Virus record (IMG/VR): IMGVR_UViG_3300017732_001625
Span: 1 to 5,700 of that record
Strand: one strand, 5' to 3'
DNA from: a virus
Length of the DNA: 5,700 bases
In this document: positions 1-3,828 of the stretch, piece by piece
How the letters are laid out: each line of letters starts with the position of its first letter
Position numbering within the stretch: position 1 is the first letter of the stretch
Notes under the pieces: generated by a model
The model's database searches: none
What the model was told of the DNA's origin: nothing
Seen by the model: the letters and a program-made list of their open reading frames with translations, nothing else
Program-made: the position numbers and the translations under genes

Positions 1-123
1 ATGTAATTTCCCTTGGTATAATCTTATTGGACATTCGAACACATCTAATTGCACTTTATAACTCCCGAATAATGGCCCTACTGTTGGCAATGTTTTCACA
101 TCGCATTCTAGGTCTATATTCCA
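1..123. repeat. Terminal direct repeat, copy 1: identical to 5578..5700. This is a circular-genome wrap-around, giving a unit length of 5577 nt.
   Basis: Base-by-base comparison: 1..123 (atgtaatttcccttggtata...ggtctatattcca) equals 5578..5700 with no mismatch. The repeat lies inside the VP1 reading frame, so it is an assembly or linearisation overlap and not a biological repeat. Confidence 0.97.
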
Positions 124-291
124 TGAATCTCCCGGGAGAGCCAACTCACTCATGAACGGCACTAATGTCCCACTACTCATAGAACTTCTCCATATATAAC
201 TCAAGTCATGTGTACTTCTTGAATAGTTTTTTAGACTTACTTCTTGTTTATTTCCCGACCCTAGGCGGTCTCCTCCAATTGTTGTTTTCAT
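1..291 (-). CDS. VP1: Major capsid protein VP1 (Microviridae F/VP1 family), N-terminal part, continuing across the circular junction into 3829..5577
   Basis: Hand translation of the minus strand from ATG 291..289 gives MKTTIGGDRLGSGNKQEVSLKNYSRSTHDLSYIWRSSMSSGTLVPFMSELALPGDSWNIDLECDVKTLPTVGPLF. An in-frame TAA lies just upstream at 295..297. The frame is continuous with the 3829..5676 ORF because 121..123 equals 5698..5700. The N-terminal pattern (RSTHDLS...GTLVPF...LPGD...D...PTV.P) is typical of Microviridae capsid proteins. The ORF track misses this part because it runs off the window edge. Confidence 0.9.
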   Translation of the reverse strand, partial: MKTTIGGDRLGSGNKQEVSLKNYSRSTHDLSYIWRSSMSSGTLVPFMSELALPGDSWNIDLECDVKTLPTVGPLFGSYKVQLDVFECPIRLYQGKLH

Positions 292-294
292 CTT

Positions 295-312
295 TTATTT
301 AATTTATTTAAT
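295..312. repeat. Perfect tandem duplication of the 9-mer TTATTTAAT (2 copies) in the 25-nt spacer between the orf101 stop and the VP1 start
   Basis: 295..303 and 304..312 are both ttatttaat. On the coding strand this gives AAATTAAATAAATTAAATAAAAG immediately before the VP1 ATG. A related string, AAATTAAATAAAGAATAAA, precedes the VP2 ATG (3166..3184). Confidence 0.6.
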
Positions 313-316
313 TTGG

Positions 317-622
317 TTACTTTTTTTTTAGTTTCTCTTGGTCTAATTTTTCATTTAATATCATCATTACTTGAATAATTCTATCCCATGTAATTTTTTC
401 TAAATCATCTTTTATTTTTTTAATACTATTACTTTCTTCTGTAATTCTGTACTGTCCCATTACACCAAAGTGTTTTTTATTTACTGTTATAATCGTAAAT
501 GGTGAATTTTTTACATCAACTCTTTTTATTAATTCTTTGTTTTTAGATAAAGAGTCTTTTTTGCTTACTCCGTTCGCATTCAATAATGATTTCTTTGACA
601 TTGTAGTTTTCATTGTTTTCAT
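317..622 (-). CDS. Hypothetical small protein, 101 aa, immediately upstream of VP1
   Basis: ORF with an ATG start and a TAA stop at 317..319, 25 nt before the VP1 start. It is on the same strand as all other genes. The central and C-terminal part (SPFTIITVNKKHFGVMGQYRITEE...ITWDRIIQVMMILNEKL) has globular, non-repetitive composition and resembles a pattern I associate with small phage proteins, but I cannot name a family. The first 27 codons overlap the end of orf68, and the exact start is uncertain (in-frame ATGs at 622, 613 and 601). Confidence 0.6.
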   Translation of the reverse strand: MKTMKTTMSKKSLLNANGVSKKDSLSKNKELIKRVDVKNSPFTIITVNKKHFGVMGQYRITEESNSIKKIKDDLEKITWDRIIQVMMILNEKLDQEKLKKK

Positions 623-749
623 AGTTTATTATAGTTTTGGTTTTTATATATTCTCCGTTATTTATTTGGTTTCTTATTATTATTTCTCCTGTTTCTTTGT
701 CTACATATATGCTCTCTGTTTTCCACTGTCTTTTTTCGTAGTTCTTCAT
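543..749 (-). CDS. Hypothetical small protein, 68 aa, overlapping both neighbouring ORFs
   Basis: ATG-initiated ORF on the gene-bearing strand. The coding strand is A-rich, so stops are frequent in non-coding frames, which makes an open 68-codon frame non-trivial. The sequence has a beta-rich look (WKTESIYVDKETGEIIIRNQINNGEYIKTKTIINYE...IIIECERSKQKRLFI). It overlaps orf76 by 92 nt and orf101 by 80 nt. Confidence 0.5.
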   Translation of the reverse strand: MKNYEKRQWKTESIYVDKETGEIIIRNQINNGEYIKTKTIINYENNENYNVKEIIIECERSKQKRLFI

Positions 750-888
750 ATTCGAAAGGGTTTTTATTATTATCTTCTTTATACTGTTTTATTGCTTCTT
801 TTATTTCTAAGTATTTTGCAAATCGTATTATTTTTAATATTACCCTTACTATTACTTTTATTTTTCTTATTATTTCTTTGAATTTCAT
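658..888 (-). CDS. Hypothetical small basic protein, 76 aa, with a cationic amphipathic N-terminus and an Arg/Asn/Lys-rich tail
   Basis: Its ATG (888..886) overlaps the TGA stop of orf69 (887..885) as ATGA, a classic translational-coupling arrangement. The sequence is MKFKEIIRKIKVIVRVILKIIRFAKYL...HICRQRNRRNNNKKPNK. The last ~30 codons overlap orf68, so the true C-terminus and function are uncertain. Confidence 0.42.
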   Translation of the reverse strand: MKFKEIIRKIKVIVRVILKIIRFAKYLEIKEAIKQYKEDNNKNPFEYEELRKKTVENREHICRQRNRRNNNKKPNK

Positions 889-1094
889 TCGGTTATACTG
901 TTTATATATTTTTTATGTCTTTCTATAATTTTATTTTTATTTAACCACTCTATTAATTCTCCTGCACTCATCCCAATTTCATATACTCCATGATTTCCCT
1001 TTTCACTCCATATTTTTCCTTTTATATACATATCATCTAAGTTTGTATACATTTCTTCAATTCTTAATCCTATTTTCTTGATTTTTCCCTCCAT
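885..1094 (-). CDS. Hypothetical small protein, 69 aa, first gene after the non-coding control region
   Basis: ATG at 1094..1092 directly follows the 197-nt intergenic region. The TGA stop overlaps the next ATG. Composition is non-repetitive (MEGKIKKIGLRIEEMYTNLDDMYIKGKIWSEKGNHGVYEIGMSAGELIEWLNKNKIIERHKKYINSITE). I recognise no family. Confidence 0.55.
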   Translation of the reverse strand: MEGKIKKIGLRIEEMYTNLDDMYIKGKIWSEKGNHGVYEIGMSAGELIEWLNKNKIIERHKKYINSITE

Positions 1095-1291
1095 TTTGAA
1101 TTTTTTTGGTAGGGTAGGGGAGGCCTGTATTTCGCTGTATCATTGACATCTTGTGTCATTTTACATACTATATATTATCGGACAAACTACTAATCCATTG
1201 ATAATCAAGCCTTTATCCCTAATCCCTTTTTTTATTTTTGCTAATTTAGTTATTTTCCGCGAATAGCAAAGAGATTTTATCGAAATCTCTG
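1095..1291 (-). promoter_or_regulatory. Main non-coding control region, between the Rep stop and the first small ORF. Candidate location of promoter(s), replication or complementary-strand origin signals and a recombination site.
   Basis: It is the only intergenic stretch longer than about 115 nt in a genome where other genes are 0-25 nt apart or overlap. It contains a stem-loop (1270..1290), an 11-nt palindrome TTGATAATCAA (1198..1208), the short direct repeats ATCCCT-A-ATCCCT (1215..1227) and TAATCC (1191..1196 and 1220..1225), a G-run island (1108..1123) and a dif-like 28-mer (1158..1185). I could not place convincing -35/-10 or Bacteroidetes-type -33/-7 hexamers. Confidence 0.5.
1158..1185 (-). 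other. Candidate dif-like XerC/XerD recombination site (putative attP)
   Basis: The coding-strand reading is TTGTCCGATAA-TATATA-GTATGTAAAAT, with 11+6+11 architecture. Compared by hand with dif as I recall it, E. coli GGTGCGCATAA-TGTATA-TTATGTTAAAT gives 5/11, 5/6 and 9/11 matches. B. subtilis ACTTCCTAGAA-TATATA-TTATGTAAACT gives 6/11, 6/6 and 9/11. The best match is in the normally best-conserved XerD arm. No integrase gene is present in the genome. Confidence 0.35.
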
Positions 1292-1306
1292 CTAAGTAGC
1301 GCTATT
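1262..1306 (-). other. Composite stem-loop spanning the Rep stop codon. Candidate transcription terminator and/or ssDNA structural signal.
   Basis: There is a perfect 8-bp stem, agagattt (1270..1277) with aaatctct (1283..1290), and a 5-nt loop tatcg. It is extendable by gc (1266..1267) with gc (1291..1292) across a 2-nt bulge. An alternative outer pairing is aatagc (1262..1267) with gctatt (1301..1306). The Rep stop TAG is at 1292..1294. The downstream tract on the coding strand (TTGCTATTC) is only weakly U-rich. Confidence 0.35.
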
Positions 1307-2326
1307 TTTATTTAACCTTTCTAGTCTTTTTAAATTTCTTCTTTCGTTTTCGTATTTTTTTAACTCCCAATTCTTTTCATCATTTCCATATCCTAATCTT
1401 TTATTCTTCATTCTCATTTCTTTAAGTAATTTATAGTATTCTTCTTCTCCTTTACTTATATCTACTTTTATTCCACTTATCCATCTTTCTTTTTTATCTA
1501 GTTTTTTTAGCCATAGTTTTTCTCTTTCTTCTTCACTATATATTTTATTTCTATAGTATATTGGCATATTTAATTTTACTCCTTGTCTTGTTGTATATGT
1601 TTCTTTTGTTTCTTCTTCTTTATATTTATTTTTTTCACTATCTTTTCTATCTAGGTATTCTTTTCCTATTCCTTTACTCGTGAATATTTTACTTTGATAT
1701 TCCTTGTGTTTCTCATCTACCTTATTTACATATTTTATTATATAATTAATTGTTTTTTCATTTACGAATGTTCCTATGTATACTTGACCATATTGCCACT
1801 TTTCTACGATGGATTTATCGTCGTTTGTCCACACTATTCCATGCATATGCACTCTTTCTGTATTGTTGGACCCTAATTCGGTTACTAGCCAATGTCTTAA
1901 TGTTTTTCCGAACTTTTTTCTCCATCTTTCGCAGTATTTTCTTACTGCATATCTGCACACCTCATTATCTCTATTATATCCTGTTAGATATTTTGCTTTA
2001 TTTTTTCTCTTAGATTCTTTTAATTGTCCTTTTTTTTCTAGTTCTATTATTGTTTCTCTGTGTTCCTTTGTAACTATTTTTTCTATTTTATTTAAATTTT
2101 CATCACTGAATGTATAAGTTACAAATCTTGCATTTTTATTTGTTCTAATATCTTCTAACAATCTTACTTGCCATTGTCTAGCTTTTTGTTTTCTGCATTC
2201 CATACATTTACCACATCCTGCCGGCACCCATAGTACTCTTTCATCTGTAGCTTGGGGGACGTCTCCCCCATTCTTTTTATTTGCTACATACTTTTTATTT
2301 TTTATTAGTTTTGGATATAAACACAT
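1292..2326 (-). CDS. VP4: Replication initiation protein VP4 (Microviridae rolling-circle HUH endonuclease)
   Basis: 344-aa ORF. It has the MCLYP N-terminus and the Cys cluster GCGKCMECRKQKARQW typical of VP4. RCR motif 1 is ARFVTYTF, the HUH motif is VHMHGIVW (HMH encoded at 1841..1849), and the catalytic Tyr motif is YIIKYVNK (1721..1744). The ATG at 2326..2324 overlaps the VP2 stop TAA (2328..2326) as TAATG. Confidence 0.93.
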   Translation of the reverse strand: MCLYPKLIKNKKYVANKKNGGDVPQATDERVLWVPAGCGKCMECRKQKARQWQVRLLEDIRTNKNARFVTYTFSDENLNKIEKIVTKEHRETIIELEKKGQLKESKRKNKAKYLTGYNRDNEVCRYAVRKYCERWRKKFGKTLRHWLVTELGSNNTERVHMHGIVWTNDDKSIVEKWQYGQVYIGTFVNEKTINYIIKYVNKVDEKHKEYQSKIFTSKGIGKEYLDRKDSEKNKYKEEETKETYTTRQGVKLNMPIYYRNKIYSEEEREKLWLKKLDKKERWISGIKVDISKGEEEYYKLLKEMRMKNKRLGYGNDEKNWELKKYENERRNLKRLERLNKNSAT

Positions 2327-3165
2327 TATTCCATTTTTGTATTACCTAATAAACCATTATTTCCTATCATTCTTGGTTTACTACTATCTTTATATTTTCC
2401 ATATGTATCGAAACCTTTCCATCCTGGTGAGGTTTTATTATTTGTTTTTCCCATTAGTAAACCTCTATACGCTCCTAATATTCCACTTAATACTTGTGTT
2501 CCTAATTTTATCCCAAAGTATCCATATACTCTGTTCATTAGCCACTCTCTATCTTCTAGGTTATTTACCGGGTCTTTTCCTATCACATTCATTGCAGTTG
2601 CAAAGTTATTCCCATCTATATATCCTTTTTTTTCTCTTTTTCTTTTTAGGTCTTTTAATTCTGTATCTACTGCTTTATTTTGTATTTCTTCATTTGTCAA
2701 TTCAGTGTCTACTCCATCTCTTTTAGATCTCTGACTTTTTATGTCCTTTGCTTGTTCTTCCATTAATTTAGCTTGTGCTCCATATAACTCGAATTGTGGT
2801 GCTTTTGGTGCCATTCCTAACCCTACATTTCCTTTACTAGCATTTCCTCCGGTTTGGCTTCCAGTCTGACCCGCTTGACCTCCACTTTTATACATTAATG
2901 CCGGATTTAATCCCGCTTTTCTCATGTGTTCCATTTGTGCACCATAGTTCGTTTTGTTCCACATATCCATTTGAAGCTCATGCCCTTGGTGATTTAATGT
3001 TGCTTGATTTAGCATTTGTTGGTTCATCAAATTTTGTTCATATTGATTCTGTACTCCCATCAGTTCTATTTGATTATCCATTTGTTGACCCGTAGTCAAT
3101 TGGTCGTACAACATTCCTATTCCTTGTGTTGCTAATGCTCCTCCATTATCTTTAAAAAATCCCAT
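2326..3165 (-). CDS. VP2: DNA pilot / minor capsid protein VP2
   Basis: 279-aa ORF between the structural genes and Rep. It has a Q/N/M-rich N-terminal part, then the characteristic block WNKTNYGAQMEHMRKAGLNPALMYKSGG, then a Gly/Ser/Gln-rich linker. A charged coiled-coil-like segment and a hydrophobic Gly-rich C-terminal stretch (GIKLGTQVLSGILGAYRGLLMG) follow. This layout is typical of gokusho/alpa-type VP2. Confidence 0.88.
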   Translation of the reverse strand: MGFFKDNGGALATQGIGMLYDQLTTGQQMDNQIELMGVQNQYEQNLMNQQMLNQATLNHQGHELQMDMWNKTNYGAQMEHMRKAGLNPALMYKSGGQAGQTGSQTGGNASKGNVGLGMAPKAPQFELYGAQAKLMEEQAKDIKSQRSKRDGVDTELTNEEIQNKAVDTELKDLKRKREKKGYIDGNNFATAMNVIGKDPVNNLEDREWLMNRVYGYFGIKLGTQVLSGILGAYRGLLMGKTNNKTSPGWKGFDTYGKYKDSSKPRMIGNNGLLGNTKME

Positions 3166-3166
3166 T

Positions 3167-3340
3167 TTATTCTTTATTTAATTTGTTATATTCTTTTATT
3201 ATTTCACAAGCTTTCATCATTCTATATCTTGTGTATTCATCTATATTTCTGTGATTGAAGTGAATTAAGTCTTCTATTAATTCTATTGCTTTTTTACTTT
3301 CTTCTTTTGTTGATTTCTGTATTTCTCTTATTTCTTTCAT
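3167..3340 (-). CDS. Hypothetical small protein, 57 aa, below the ORF-track cutoff
   Basis: Hand translation from ATG 3340..3338 gives MKEIREIQKSTKEESKKAIELIEDLIHFNHRNIDEYTRYRMMKACEIIKEYNKLNKE, with stop TAA at 3167..3169. Only one nucleotide (3166) separates it from the VP2 ATG (3165..3163). It fills most of an otherwise unexplained 288-nt gap in a tightly packed genome, and its composition suggests a helical, charged protein. Confidence 0.5.
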   Translation of the reverse strand: MKEIREIQKSTKEESKKAIELIEDLIHFNHRNIDEYTRYRMMKACEIIKEYNKLNKE

Positions 3341-3354
3341 AATTTTTATTTTCG

Positions 3355-3369
3355 CGCTTTTTCAAAGCG
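3355..3369. other. Small GC-containing hairpin just upstream of the 57-aa ORF
   Basis: cgcttt (3355..3360) pairs with aaagcg (3364..3369) around a 3-nt loop ttc. It lies 15 nt upstream of ATG 3340 on the coding strand and is not followed by a U-tract there, so it is not a canonical terminator. Confidence 0.3.
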
Positions 3370-3416
3370 TTTCTATTTACTTGATATATAAGTACAGATG
3401 CGTACCACTTGTTTCT

Positions 3417-3438
3417 AATAAAGGGGGATTTCTCCCCC
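3417..3438 (-). terminator. Candidate rho-independent terminator after the VP1 and VP3-like structural genes
   Basis: On the coding strand the sequence is GGGGGA-GAAA-TCCCCC, a 6-bp stem that is 5/6 G:C with a GNRA-type tetraloop (3438..3423), followed directly by TTTATT. It lies 15 nt downstream of the stop of the 120-aa ORF. It is a conspicuous GC island in AT-rich sequence. Confidence 0.45.
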
Positions 3439-3453
3439 ATTTATTTTTATTTA

Positions 3454-3816
3454 TTAGGAATCACTCGTGCCATTTGTTGACTTGGGTTCCCCAACTTTTT
3501 CTGCTTTCAGATTTATTACTTTAGCCTCTTTTTCTGCTTTAGCTTTCTCTTCTTTTCCTTTCGCTTGAGCATCTTTCTTTGCTATCTTACTTGCTTCTAC
3601 TTTGTCCATTGCTTCTGTTGCAATTTCCCATCTATCTGTCCGAATATTATATGCACTTTTTACACCATCTTTTTTATCTGTAAATATTTCCGGTGCCCCA
3701 TCAGTTATAGGTTCGTTATTATTTAATATTCTTTCCAATTTCAATTCAATTGGTTCTCCTTGGAGTTTTTCCACTCCTTTCATATTTGTTCTATGGTATT
3801 TTGGTATTTTATACAT
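3454..3816 (-). CDS. Conserved small Microviridae protein, VP3-like (putative internal scaffolding protein), 120 aa
   Basis: The ATG at 3816 lies 12 nt after the VP1 stop. The block EPITDGAPEIFTDKKDGVKSAYNIRTDRWEIATEAMDKV matches a motif I recognise from small proteins encoded next to VP1/VP2 in gokusho/alpa-type microviruses. The C-terminal half is a K/E/A-rich low-complexity tail. The coding call is strong; the functional label is an inference. Confidence 0.75.
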   Translation of the reverse strand: MYKIPKYHRTNMKGVEKLQGEPIELKLERILNNNEPITDGAPEIFTDKKDGVKSAYNIRTDRWEIATEAMDKVEASKIAKKDAQAKGKEEKAKAEKEAKVINLKAEKVGEPKSTNGTSDS

Positions 3817-3828
3817 TTTTTATTTATT

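Noticed and set aside
295-312. AT-rich tandem 9-mer as a possible CRISPR or satellite-like repeat
   Set aside because: It has only two copies, no spacers, and lies in a 25-nt gene spacer. It is recorded as a simple duplication only.
885-887. Alternative genetic code (TGA as Trp, as in Spiroplasma microvirus hosts)
   Set aside because: All large genes are intact under the standard bacterial code with no in-frame TGA. TGA at 885..887 works as a stop coupled to the next ATG, and reading through it would add only 5 codons before a TAA. There is no evidence for recoding.
1164-1183. Loose resemblance of the AT-rich core GATAATATATAGTATG (coding strand) to the phiX174 origin nick region
   Set aside because: The similarity is limited to AT-rich character and a few positions recalled from memory. 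The phiX origin lies inside gene A, and gokusho/alpa-type origins are not defined. The dif-like reading of the same bases aligns better. I kept it only as a caveat on that finding.
1095-1291. Specific promoter hexamers (sigma-70 -35/-10 or Bacteroidetes TTTG / TAnnTTTG) in the control region
   Set aside because: Several partial matches exist (TTGATT, GATAAT, TATAGT, TTTG), but none has acceptable spacing, so I could not support a specific promoter call.
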